From a virus: a stretch of DNA of 64,000 nt. The first letter of the stretch is position 1; every line of letters begins with the position of its first letter. Positions 27,555 through 35,460 of this stretch are shown one piece after another. The notes beneath the pieces were generated by a model that had not been told where the DNA came from, searched no databases, and saw only the letters and a program-made list of their open reading frames with translations. The position numbers were made by a program, and so were the translations under genes. The DNA lies in IMG/VR virus record IMGVR_UViG_3300020234_000021, one strand, 5' to 3'.

Positions 27555-28082
27555 TTATGTGATCGACACCGCCACCAGCATGATGCGGTAGCGCTGACCC
27601 CTGACAGGTCGGACCCCGTGCGCCAGCGCATCGTCGCTGCCCATGGGGAAGGTGATCGAGGTGCCCGGGATCGGGCGGAAGGTGAACGGGAGATCGCCAT
27701 CGAATATCACCAGGTCGCCGCCGTCATCGGGTGCCTGGAGACACGTGACCATGCACCGCGCCCCGGGCGTCCAGCCATGGATGTGGGGAAACCCAGGGAT
27801 CCACGGGCCGGGTGCCTCAATGGCAGCACGGGCACTCGCACTGTTTGGCCAGGCCCGTAGCGCAGATCCGGAGCACGTCTGGTCCTCGTTGAAGGCGCTG
27901 CCCCAGTATCGGACGTTGTCGGTGCCCAGCCTTTGCGCGGCATGCGCTGCGAACCCGTGGTGCATCTGAGCGCGGCCGAAGTCGATCAGCTCAGGTCGAT
28001 GCGAGTGCGGCTCCCGCGTGGCGAACATGTGGTCGAGGATCTCAGCCCCCGGCATCCCGTCCCAGTGGTGCTCGAAGATCAT
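27555..28082 (-). CDS. Second 2OG-Fe(II) oxygenase-like protein (HxH type)
   Basis: Start at ATG 28082 (ATGA overlap). PGFPHIH...MVTCLQAPDDGGDLVIF...P.PGTSITF......HGVRPVRG.RYRIML. Confidence 0.65.
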   Translation of the reverse strand: MIFEHHWDGMPGAEILDHMFATREPHSHRPELIDFGRAQMHHGFAAHAAQRLGTDNVRYWGSAFNEDQTCSGSALRAWPNSASARAAIEAPGPWIPGFPHIHGWTPGARCMVTCLQAPDDGGDLVIFDGDLPFTFRPIPGTSITFPMGSDDALAHGVRPVRGQRYRIMLVAVSIT

Positions 28083-28408
28083 TTGACCCCCGTGACCAGG
28101 TCGGCCGTGGGATCGGACAACGGGCACTCGTCCTTGCGCTCGATCTGATCCTCAAGGGTCATGATCCACTTCTCGATCGCGGTGCGCAGGCCCTCGAAGT
28201 CGACGTTGGGTGGCGTATGGCAGATGAAGTGCGGATCGCCGTCGCAGTCGATGTACAGCTCACCGTGCGGTTGGTCCATGTCCACCTCGGTGACGTTGAG
28301 ATCGTACGGGGCGGCACAGACCTGACTCGGCGGGCCGTTGCCGCAGCGCACGCAGACGTCCACGCCAGCGACTAGGCGCATGGCCAGGTGGCACTTGGGA
28401 CAATTCAC
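28079..28408 (-). CDS. Zn-finger (CxxC...CxxC) protein
   Basis: GTG at 28408 overlaps upstream stop; MNCPKC...CVRC. Confidence 0.5.
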   Translation of the reverse strand: MNCPKCHLAMRLVAGVDVCVRCGNGPPSQVCAAPYDLNVTEVDMDQPHGELYIDCDGDPHFICHTPPNVDFEGLRTAIEKWIMTLEDQIERKDECPLSDPTADLVTGVK

Positions 28409-28722
28409 GTCATCACCCCGATCATGCCCATGACGGCCACGCCGACGACCGTACCGATGCCGGCACCCAGGATGAACACGCCCGTGTCCCGCGAACTGAT
28501 GACCCGGTCTGCCTCCCTCATCTGCCAGGCGATCCGCCGGCACAGCGTGGCACTGATCTGGACGATGACGGTCCCCTCGGGCTCATCGATCTCCCCGGAC
28601 TCGGCGGCGGCCTTCAGTAGTCCATCGGCATGCGCCAGCAACGGGCGATCGAGATCCTCATCGGGATCCATGAATTGGCCCGTCCACGGGGGGTTGGCCA
28701 GGGTGATGTCGTCGAGCCTCAT
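28405..28722 (-). CDS. Hypothetical membrane-anchored protein
   Basis: ATGA-coupled; C-terminal hydrophobic helix GVFILGAGIGTVVGVAVMGMIGV. Confidence 0.5.
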   Translation of the reverse strand: MRLDDITLANPPWTGQFMDPDEDLDRPLLAHADGLLKAAAESGEIDEPEGTVIVQISATLCRRIAWQMREADRVISSRDTGVFILGAGIGTVVGVAVMGMIGVMT

Positions 28723-29240
28723 GCGCGCCCTATCTGAATGTTGGACGTGTCGAGCATGGCCATCGAGGCGCCCTCCACCTTGACGATGCCACCGAGGCGA
28801 TACTGCTTGCCGGCCAGGTCGGTGAGTGCCAGGCGCATGCGGTAGGCCCACATGTTGGGCTCGGTCTCCTCGGGGAGCTGCTCACGAGCATACGGTGGCG
28901 CTATCAGTTTCGGCCGGGCCCGCCAGTACAGTCGAAGGGGCGGCACATGTTTCGGGGCGCCTGCGGCCAGGATCGCGTTGACCAGGTCGTGAGTGACCAC
29001 CTCTATCAGCATCGAGACGTCGCCGGCCAGGGTGCAGCCCAGACACACCGTCTCGTAGATCACGGGGGTCTCACCTGGCTCACCCGCACTCGGCATGCCA
29101 TCGTCTCGTTCGTCGGGCTTGCCGACCTCCGACGGGTAGAACCATGCCCTCGGTGGCCCATCGACGGCGTTACGGGCAACGGCGGCCTCGATGCGGTCAA
29201 CGGACGCCTGGACGTATTCATCGACCTCGATGGTCAGCAT
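28719..29240 (-). CDS. Hypothetical protein
   Basis: ATG 29240 overlaps the upstream stop; 173 aa. Confidence 0.5.
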   Translation of the reverse strand: MLTIEVDEYVQASVDRIEAAVARNAVDGPPRAWFYPSEVGKPDERDDGMPSAGEPGETPVIYETVCLGCTLAGDVSMLIEVVTHDLVNAILAAGAPKHVPPLRLYWRARPKLIAPPYAREQLPEETEPNMWAYRMRLALTDLAGKQYRLGGIVKVEGASMAMLDTSNIQIGRA

Positions 29241-29659
29241 CGGGGATCCTCCCAACCAGGCTGGTACTGCTCGCGCGTCGACGGTCGGGTCCATGAGCGG
29301 GGGTAGTAGACACCAGCGACTCGGTGGCCACGCTCGAATGCAGCGTAGAGGCCCTGGCCGCGATCGTGATCCTTGGTCCTGACCGGCATGAGCACCTCAC
29401 CGCAGTCGGGCTCGATGGTGACGTCCACGCCGCCACCTCCATTCCAGGGGCGCACCAGTCCGACGATCGGCCAGTGCTCTGAGCTGGAGTGCGCATGCTT
29501 CAACCAGTTGTCGTATTGGATCTGGGTGAAGGGCTCGGTGTGCCCGACGTGATGGCCAGGTCGGTACTCGATCGAGCCATGGTCATCGATCACCATCCAG
29601 CCGCGCATCGGGTTGTCGTTGGCATCGAGCGCCGGCACGTCGTGAGTGGTGAGCTCCAT
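29234..29659 (-). CDS. Hypothetical protein
   Basis: 141 aa, TAATG-coupled. Confidence 0.5.
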   Translation of the reverse strand: MELTTHDVPALDANDNPMRGWMVIDDHGSIEYRPGHHVGHTEPFTQIQYDNWLKHAHSSSEHWPIVGLVRPWNGGGGVDVTIEPDCGEVLMPVRTKDHDRGQGLYAAFERGHRVAGVYYPRSWTRPSTREQYQPGWEDPRC

Positions 29660-30180
29660 TACTGGGCCCGTCGATTGTTGCGTGGCGGCTTGGGCGTGCG
29701 TCGAGTCCAGGCCTTGCAGACGACGTTCGAGTTGGTCGACTCGTGCGTCTCGGTGATCAGGGTGCCGTCCTCCTGCTCGACTGGCCCACGCCAGTACGCG
29801 GTAGCAATGAAGCAGTGCTGCGAGGTCGGTTGTCGATCGGCGCCTACCGGGTTGAATGGCAGGTTGAAGGAGCCCGACCAGGCCAGGTTATCCCATGGCT
29901 CGATGTCGGCCACCATGATGTCGAGGTGTTGGTTGTTCGCCACCCCGGCGCAGGCGTCGTTGGTGTCGGAGTGCAGGATCTCGGTGCAGGCCACGAGGTA
30001 GATGTTGTACCCGGTCAGGCCCTCACTCAGATCGCCGTCGCCGTTGGCATCGAGGGGCTCATCGCTCACGTTCTCGACGGGGTTGTCCCACTCGAAGCTG
30101 ATCGGCCGGTTGGCGCCCCATGCCAGGCTCGATGCCGTCATCAGCAGCGCAGCGGTCAGGATCGCGGGTATCAGTCTCAT
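29659..30180 (-). CDS. Secreted fibronectin type III-like protein
   Basis: Sec signal peptide, then FEWDNP..N....L...GYNIY ... CF.ATAY ... ES.NSN.VCK pattern. Confidence 0.55.
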   Translation of the reverse strand: MRLIPAILTAALLMTASSLAWGANRPISFEWDNPVENVSDEPLDANGDGDLSEGLTGYNIYLVACTEILHSDTNDACAGVANNQHLDIMVADIEPWDNLAWSGSFNLPFNPVGADRQPTSQHCFIATAYWRGPVEQEDGTLITETHESTNSNVVCKAWTRRTPKPPRNNRRAQ

Positions 30181-30506
30181 TCGGTCATCCTCAGTGGTTC
30201 AGCGGGATTCGGGCTCTCTGTGCGTCCACTGGCGACGTCTTCGAGGGTAGGCCCTTGCCATGCTATGGGGTAAATCACCCGTTTGTACTTCCCGTCGGCG
30301 GCGTGGATCCACGGGTGCAGCTCCATCGATCTGGCCAGCGCTCGCGAGTATCGGTTGGCCATGATCTGGATCCCGTCGGGCGTGGTCTGGATCAGCGGGT
30401 TGCCATCGAAGTACAGGGCGACCTGGTCGAGCTGTTTCGGCGGCACCGCCAGTCGAGCGGCGATCGCCATGATGCTGATCGAGTAGAGGAAGCCGCGCCT
30501 ATTCAT
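30177..30506 (-). CDS. Protein with twin-arginine-like N-terminus
   Basis: MNRRGFLYSISIMAIAA: RRxFL followed by a hydrophobic stretch. Confidence 0.45.
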   Translation of the reverse strand: MNRRGFLYSISIMAIAARLAVPPKQLDQVALYFDGNPLIQTTPDGIQIMANRYSRALARSMELHPWIHAADGKYKRVIYPIAWQGPTLEDVASGRTESPNPAEPLRMTE

Positions 30507-30726
30507 CGTCGAGTACCTCGAACATCCGGGCTGCCTTGCCACCGCGTGCTGCGATCTGAGCCTTGAGGTACTCGACCGTGCCTTCGAGGATCGATAGCGC
30601 CTCGACGTCGGTCGCGCCATCCTCCATCCACTGCACCAGGTAGACGACGTGAGCATGCGCATTCGCCTGGAGTCGCGCCAGCGTCACCCCAACACCGTGG
30701 CCAAGGTCGATCTCGCGCAGGCTCAT
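30499..30726 (-). CDS. Hypothetical protein
   Basis: 75 aa, ATGA-coupled. Confidence 0.5.
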   Translation of the reverse strand: MSLREIDLGHGVGVTLARLQANAHAHVVYLVQWMEDGATDVEALSILEGTVEYLKAQIAARGGKAARMFEVLDDE

Positions 30727-31322
30727 GAGTAGCTCAGCCCCAGTCGGTCGTCCCAGATGTTGTCGAAGTTCGAGTTGCCATCGGCCCAGAGCACCGAGAT
30801 GTCCCCATCCGCGAACTGGCTGATCTGCCGGATCCGCCAGACGGCGTTGGCGGTGAGCTCGCCTGGCGTGGCGTCTCCCGCGTAGGTGATGTTGGTCGGG
30901 CTCACGTTGGTGTCGTCGACCTGCTGCGCGAAACTCAAGTTGGCGTTCCCCGTGAGTGTCCAGACGGTGTCTGACGTCTTGTTGAAGATGTCACCCGAGT
31001 CGATGTCCAGGTAGGTGTCGCCTTGCTTGCCCAGGCCCGAGCCAGGGGATCCGATGCCTTGCAGGAAGCTGAGCCCGTCCGACCCATCAGCGCCACCGAT
31101 CCCCGATACACCCTGCGAACCGTTGTCGCCAGTAGGGCCCTTGGGCCCGGCCGGACCCCGTGGCGGCGTGGTCGAACCTGAGCCCTCCGCGAACCCCTCG
31201 GAGTACGCGCGGAAGCTGGCCGGCACCGTCTGAATGTTGTACGGGTTGTCGTTGGCCCTGGACCAAATGGCATCGTCATACCCTAGCTGATACCCCTTTC
31301 GCTCCTGTCCACTGTAGGCCAC
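30723..31322 (-). CDS. Collagen-repeat protein
   Basis: GPAGPKGPTGDNGSQGVSGIGGADGSDG (Gly-X-Y), GDTYLD...G..F.K, and a C-terminal YAGDA.PG......W.I...WADGNSNFDNIWDDR..LSYS domain. Confidence 0.6.
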   Translation of the reverse strand: MAYSGQERKGYQLGYDDAIWSRANDNPYNIQTVPASFRAYSEGFAEGSGSTTPPRGPAGPKGPTGDNGSQGVSGIGGADGSDGLSFLQGIGSPGSGLGKQGDTYLDIDSGDIFNKTSDTVWTLTGNANLSFAQQVDDTNVSPTNITYAGDATPGELTANAVWRIRQISQFADGDISVLWADGNSNFDNIWDDRLGLSYS

Positions 31323-31325
31323 CGA

Positions 31326-31505
31326 TCACACCTCACCCGATTCGGGTTTGTGCCCGTAGCTCACGTGACACCGTGGACATTCCATGCGCCCGTCGCTGTT
31401 CTCGACCAGCAGTGGGCCTATGACATGGTTCGGGTGGTACTGGGTACAGCGTGTTGGCATCTCGAAGATGTCCTCGCCGCCTTCCTCGGTGCCAGGCTCA
31501 CTCAT
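31326..31505 (-). CDS. 59-aa Zn-finger-like protein
   Basis: Read by hand: MSEPGTEEGG...RCTQYH...ECPRCHVSYG; ATGA-coupled. Confidence 0.45.
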   Translation of the reverse strand: MSEPGTEEGGEDIFEMPTRCTQYHPNHVIGPLLVENSDGRMECPRCHVSYGHKPESGEV

Positions 31506-31756
31506 ACCTGGTGCTCGACCTGGTCATCGAGTTTCGCCCGTGTTGCATCAGTCACAGTCTGGCGTACTGCTCGCTGGCGTTGTCTCACATGTTCGCGCTT
31601 GGTTTCGAGTCGCTTTGCCTGAAAGCGCTCTCTGCGTTCTCCATCTGCTACGGCCTTGGCCACCCAGTTGACTCTACGTACCCCCAGTGCTATCGGGCAC
31701 ACCCCAACAGTTTCTGGATCTGCTGGTACCACGCCACGGTAGGGCCTGGTGCTCAC
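31502..31756 (-). CDS. Hypothetical protein
   Basis: 84 aa, ATGA-coupled. Confidence 0.45.
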   Translation of the reverse strand: MSTRPYRGVVPADPETVGVCPIALGVRRVNWVAKAVADGERRERFQAKRLETKREHVRQRQRAVRQTVTDATRAKLDDQVEHQV

Positions 31757-32055
31757 GGCGCGAGAATCTCAGGGGCAGGCTGGCTGGGGTCTATCACTTG
31801 AGGGACCACGGCCCCATTGGGCAACAGGATCTGTGATTTCGACTCAGCCGCTTGTGACTCCCTGAGCTCATCGTTACCCATGCCGCGCAGTATCGTGACG
31901 AATTGAAACAGGCAGTACTGAGCCGGCGTGAGTGCCTCCACATTATCAGGCAGCACCTCACCCTCGGGCATGCCGAAATCGGCCGCGTGTTGGAAGTCGA
32001 CCATCCCCTCACCCTGGACATCGAGATCCTCAATCAGCAGGTAGCACTTCGCCAT
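31753..32055 (-). CDS. Hypothetical protein
   Basis: 100-aa ORF after terS. Confidence 0.5.
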   Translation of the reverse strand: MAKCYLLIEDLDVQGEGMVDFQHAADFGMPEGEVLPDNVEALTPAQYCLFQFVTILRGMGNDELRESQAAESKSQILLPNGAVVPQVIDPSQPAPEILAP

Positions 32056-32617
32056 CGACGGTTTCCTGTGGTGCGTTGATCATGGTCACATTGAGTGCGG
32101 CCTCGATGCGATCGAGTTGCTCCTGAGACATGGTGGCAAACGGATTCGCTTTCCGGTCGACCGCCTTGGTGTCCCCGAAGATCTCGAAGTGCTGGCCCAG
32201 TTGGTTGAGTGCTGACATTTTGTCGTGTAGCTGGTAGCTGTATTCCTGGACGACCTCGCCAGACGCCAGCGTGACATCGGTGATCTGGATCGTGCGCACG
32301 GCGGCGCGTTGCATCGAGGTGAGCTGGTCGGGTGATTTGTACACGTAGCGCCCGTCATCCTCCAGGCGCAAGAGGTCCAGGTGCTGCGTCATGCCGATCG
32401 CGCCGAGCTGGTTGACTACCTGCGCAGCGCCGAGCGCCACATGCTCGACCATTTCCCGGCCGAATGACGCGATGGTCTCGCGGATGTGTGGGCGTTCGAG
32501 CAGCAGGTAGGCGCGCGAGCTGGCATAGGCGTTCGAGTAGCCGGCCTCGCGTGCGGCCTGGGGCACTGATCGACAGACCGCGTATGCGGTGCAGAAGGCG
32601 AGCTCGCGTCGGTTCAT
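32030..32617 (-). CDS. terS: Terminase small subunit
   Basis: R.LAFC.AY......QAAR.AGYS...A......LL..P.I...I HTH, plus LHDKMSALNQLGQHF C-terminal motif typical of Terminase_2 proteins. Confidence 0.85.
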   Translation of the reverse strand: MNRRELAFCTAYAVCRSVPQAAREAGYSNAYASSRAYLLLERPHIRETIASFGREMVEHVALGAAQVVNQLGAIGMTQHLDLLRLEDDGRYVYKSPDQLTSMQRAAVRTIQITDVTLASGEVVQEYSYQLHDKMSALNQLGQHFEIFGDTKAVDRKANPFATMSQEQLDRIEAALNVTMINAPQETVDGEVLPAD

Positions 32618-32919
32618 TTGCGCTCCCTTGGAGTGATATCGATTCGCAGGTGAGCCGAGCCGTCAGAGAGCTGAACCTCTCGCTTTGCCCGAGCTGCGGC
32701 CACGCCACGAACCACGCGCTGGTACTCGCCATCTTCCCTGAGTTTGTACGATGCGACCAATGGATCCTTGGTCGAAGCCGAGATCAGATCGTAGACACCG
32801 ACCAGGCCCGTGTGAATATCACCGCCCGTGAGTTTCCTGAACGGCGGCCAGATCGGCGTCTGAAGATCAAACGCCTGGCCATCCATCGGCCCGCCATTGA
32901 CTACCAGTGTCGCTTTCAT
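32614..32919 (-). CDS. Hypothetical protein, first gene of virion operon
   Basis: MKATLVVNGGPMDGQ motif; ATG at 32919 preferred over TTG 32928. Confidence 0.5.
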   Translation of the reverse strand: MKATLVVNGGPMDGQAFDLQTPIWPPFRKLTGGDIHTGLVGVYDLISASTKDPLVASYKLREDGEYQRVVRGVAAARAKREVQLSDGSAHLRIDITPRERK

Positions 32920-32927
32920 GGCGCTCA

Positions 32928-32956
32928 ATGATAATCACCACAGATAGTTGACACAA
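32928..32956 (-). promoter_or_regulatory. Candidate sigma70 promoter for the terS/virion operon
   Basis: Minus strand TTGTGT-N17-TATCAT; its -35 overlaps the -35 of the divergent plus-strand promoter. Confidence 0.4.
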
Positions 32957-32976
32957 CTGACAACGTCAGGTACGGT
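32948..32976 (+). promoter_or_regulatory. sigma70 promoter of the early plus-strand island
   Basis: TTGACA(32948-53)-N17-TACGGT(32971-76). Confidence 0.65.
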
Positions 32977-33003
32977 CGCAGCGACCGCCATGACAACGTC
33001 AGG
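32957..33003. promoter_or_regulatory. Two palindromic operators TGAC-AAC-GTCA(GG)
   Basis: Identical 13-mer TGACAACGTCAGG at 32958-32970 (promoter spacer) and 32991-33003 (downstream of predicted TSS). Confidence 0.65.
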
Positions 33004-33014
33004 CGGCCAAGGAA

Positions 33015-33032
33015 TCCCCGCCGAGTGGCGGG
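33015..33032 (+). promoter_or_regulatory. Leader hairpin CCCGCC-GAGT-GGCGGG
   Basis: 6-bp stem; covarying copy at 47190-47207. Confidence 0.5.
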
Positions 33033-33059
33033 AGACAATGAAACGAACGAGGCAACGAC

Positions 33060-33266
33060 ATGAAACGATCGACAAAACGCAGACTCAAGCAGGCCTGGCG
33101 CCGCGACGGGGAGTGGATTTCCATGGCCCTGGTCGTAGTGCTCCTGGCGAGCGCTGGCTCCTTCTTTGCCAGCGAAGCGTACTCCACATTCAGCAACGAC
33201 CTGGTCGCGCCGGATATGGGCAAGTACGACGTAGAGTACGACGCGCTGCGCGGCGACTTCGAGTGA
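33060..33266 (+). CDS. Small membrane-anchored protein
   Basis: 68 aa with a central hydrophobic helix; first gene after the promoter. Confidence 0.5.
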   Translation: MKRSTKRRLKQAWRRDGEWISMALVVVLLASAGSFFASEAYSTFSNDLVAPDMGKYDVEYDALRGDFE

Positions 33267-33430
33267 GCTCAGTCAAGGTCTACGACAACGGCCAAGGCGA
33301 TAGCGCCTACGTGATGAGCGACGGCTACGTTGATTTTCACAAGTTCGACATGGAATTCGACACCGAGGCGCAGGCCATCGCGTGGCTGGTAGCCAACGGT
33401 TGGGAGTACGCGGGAGTGGAATCGATATGA
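33263..33430 (+). CDS. 55-aa acidic protein
   Basis: GTGA-coupled start; MSSVKVYDNGQGDSAY... Confidence 0.5.
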   Translation: MSSVKVYDNGQGDSAYVMSDGYVDFHKFDMEFDTEAQAIAWLVANGWEYAGVESI

Positions 33431-33816
33431 GAGTCCACCGCAACTTGCACAACGCCAAGCGTGGCGGCCCGCAATGGGTCGTCACCGAGCGCGGCAAGGT
33501 CGTCGAGTATCTGGTCTCGGTGGCGCTTGTCGATGTCACCACGCGCATTCAACCGGGGGGCGCGGCCAAGTGTCGCACCTCCGGCGTGCGCAGTGTGGTG
33601 GCGTTCTTCGATGGCACCCACGCCGACAACCAGGCGCTGATTGCCGCCGTCAAAGATGAGGGCGGCCAGCGCATCACGTACGACCCACGCAGCGATTCCG
33701 AGTTCTATTCCTATGCGCTGCTGGGCTCGCTGCCCAAGCGCTGGAACACGGCCGACGCGGTCATCCTGAACGCCGACGGCACCTCTTATGCCTACAACCC
33801 ACGGTGGCAGGAATGA
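33427..33816 (+). CDS. Hypothetical phage protein
   Basis: ATGA-coupled; MRVHRNLH...WVV...GKV motif seen in phage early genes. Confidence 0.55.
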   Translation: MRVHRNLHNAKRGGPQWVVTERGKVVEYLVSVALVDVTTRIQPGGAAKCRTSGVRSVVAFFDGTHADNQALIAAVKDEGGQRITYDPRSDSEFYSYALLGSLPKRWNTADAVILNADGTSYAYNPRWQE

Positions 33817-34001
33817 AGATTACCAAGCGAGACATTCTGACCGATTTGCAGGCGCTGGCTGACACCGGCATCTGCGATACCACAACGACCATCGCGGCCG
33901 TTATCAATGGTGACTTCGACGACGTGATTGCGTCGTTCGAGGCTATCAGCGTGACGGACGCGACGGACCTTATCCGCGACCTGGAGAACATGACACCATG
34001 A
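33813..34001 (+). CDS. 62-aa highly acidic protein
   Basis: ATGA-coupled at both ends; Asp/Thr/Ile-rich. Confidence 0.5.
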   Translation: MKITKRDILTDLQALADTGICDTTTTIAAVINGDFDDVIASFEAISVTDATDLIRDLENMTP

Positions 34002-34570
34002 AAGTCTATTGCAGCATCTGCGGCGGCACCTTGCCGACCGACGACGACACGGCCATGGCCGACCATCACGTGAACAACGCCGAAGGCGACCTACGGTACA
34101 TCGAGCTCGCGCACCTCTCATGCGCGCAGCACGACAACCGCTTTTCGCCCACGCGCGGCCAGCAGTACTGGACCTGGGACGCGACGATCCCGCGCGTGCC
34201 AACCGACGCCGAGTGTGAGGAGCTGGGGATCGCGACGATCAACGACTTCGACTACACCTTCACCTGGATCTCGATCTTCGATCACTACATCACCGACGGC
34301 CCGGGATTCGCCGGCAAGCTGGCGATCCTGGTTGGTGGGGATCCGTGGTGCGCTGGCCCAGTGTCCTATTCCTATGACCCCAGCCTGAAGTGCTGGCACC
34401 TCATCGAGTCCGACGATAGCGCTCGCCTGGCACAACGACGCCAGGATCGTGGCTATGGTCCCCGGGAGCTGAAGCAACAGATCGAGGACGAGTCGACTCT
34501 GAACGCGCAACGCAATCTCGATGCCGATCTGGAAGGAAAAGTGTATGGACCCAAGGGGTTGATCGAGTGA
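33998..34570 (+). CDS. Hypothetical protein with N-terminal CxxC
   Basis: 190 aa, coupled to neighbours. Confidence 0.55.
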   Translation: MKVYCSICGGTLPTDDDTAMADHHVNNAEGDLRYIELAHLSCAQHDNRFSPTRGQQYWTWDATIPRVPTDAECEELGIATINDFDYTFTWISIFDHYITDGPGFAGKLAILVGGDPWCAGPVSYSYDPSLKCWHLIESDDSARLAQRRQDRGYGPRELKQQIEDESTLNAQRNLDADLEGKVYGPKGLIE

Positions 34571-35460
34571 CAAAGCAGTCATTCATCGACAAGCAATTTC
34601 GGCCGGCCACGCTCGCGACGATCGAGCAGGCCGACGTCATCATCCGCGAGTACCAGGCGCAGGGATTCTCGCTCACGTTACGCCAACTGTATTACCAGTT
34701 CGTGGCGCGCGGGCTGATCGAGAATACCCAGCGATCGTACAAGAGCCTGGGCAAGACCATCTCCGACGCGCGCCTGGCTGGCCTGCTGGACTGGGACGCG
34801 ATCGAGGATCGTACCCGCAACGTCCAGACCTGGATCCGGCGCCGCAGCCCGTCCCAGGCGATCCAGTTAGCCCGGGATCACTACGGGATCGACATGTGGA
34901 AGAACCAGGAAACCCGCGTCGAAGTGTGGATCGAAAAAGAGGCGCTCTCGGGCGTCATCGACGGCGTGTGCGGCGAGTACGACGTGCCCTACTTCGCGTG
35001 CCGTGGCTACGTGTCCCAGTCGGAGCAGTACAGCGCCGGGCGGCGATTCAATTATCACAAGCGAGTCCATGGCCAGAACACCATCGTCCTGCACTTAGGC
35101 GACCATGACCCATCGGGCATCGACATGACCCGCGACAACGGCGACCGCCTGGACCTGTTCGCCCGTTCGGGCAACGTGGTGAAGGTGCGCCGGATCGCAT
35201 TGGAGTATGACCAGGTCGTCGAATACGCGTGCCCGTCCAACCCGGCGAAAATGACCGACTCTCGCTTCGAGAGCTACCAGGCAGAACACGGCGATGAGTC
35301 CTGGGAACTGGACGCGCTCGAACCGTCCGTCCTGGTCGCGCTGATCAGGGAGCACCTCGACGGGATCATCGATCCCGACGCTTGGGCCGAGCGCCAGGCG
35401 CACCTCGATGACGACCTGGCCACGATGGATAACATCATTGCGCAACTGGAGGATATGTAA
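34567..35460 (+). CDS. Spo11/Top6A-like WHD-Toprim nuclease-family protein
   Basis: LTLRQLYYQ (CAP/WHD Tyr), VEVWIEKEAL, RGY.S.S, LHLGDHDPSG and ELDALEP Toprim acidic motifs. Confidence 0.7.
   Translation: MTKQSFIDKQFRPATLATIEQADVIIREYQAQGFSLTLRQLYYQFVARGLIENTQRSYKSLGKTISDARLAGLLDWDAIEDRTRNVQTWIRRRSPSQAIQLARDHYGIDMWKNQETRVEVWIEKEALSGVIDGVCGEYDVPYFACRGYVSQSEQYSAGRRFNYHKRVHGQNTIVLHLGDHDPSGIDMTRDNGDRLDLFARSGNVVKVRRIALEYDQVVEYACPSNPAKMTDSRFESYQAEHGDESWELDALEPSVLVALIREHLDGIIDPDAWAERQAHLDDDLATMDNIIAQLEDM

Noticed and set aside
33015-33032. GAGT hairpins as N4-type virion RNA polymerase promoters
   Set aside because: N4 promoters have 3-nt loops, and no vRNAP motifs are visible in the giant protein.
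32948-33262. 160-aa track ORF starting at TTG 32948
   Set aside because: The TTG is the -35 box of a promoter. Only the 3' 55 aa (GTG 33263) look coding.
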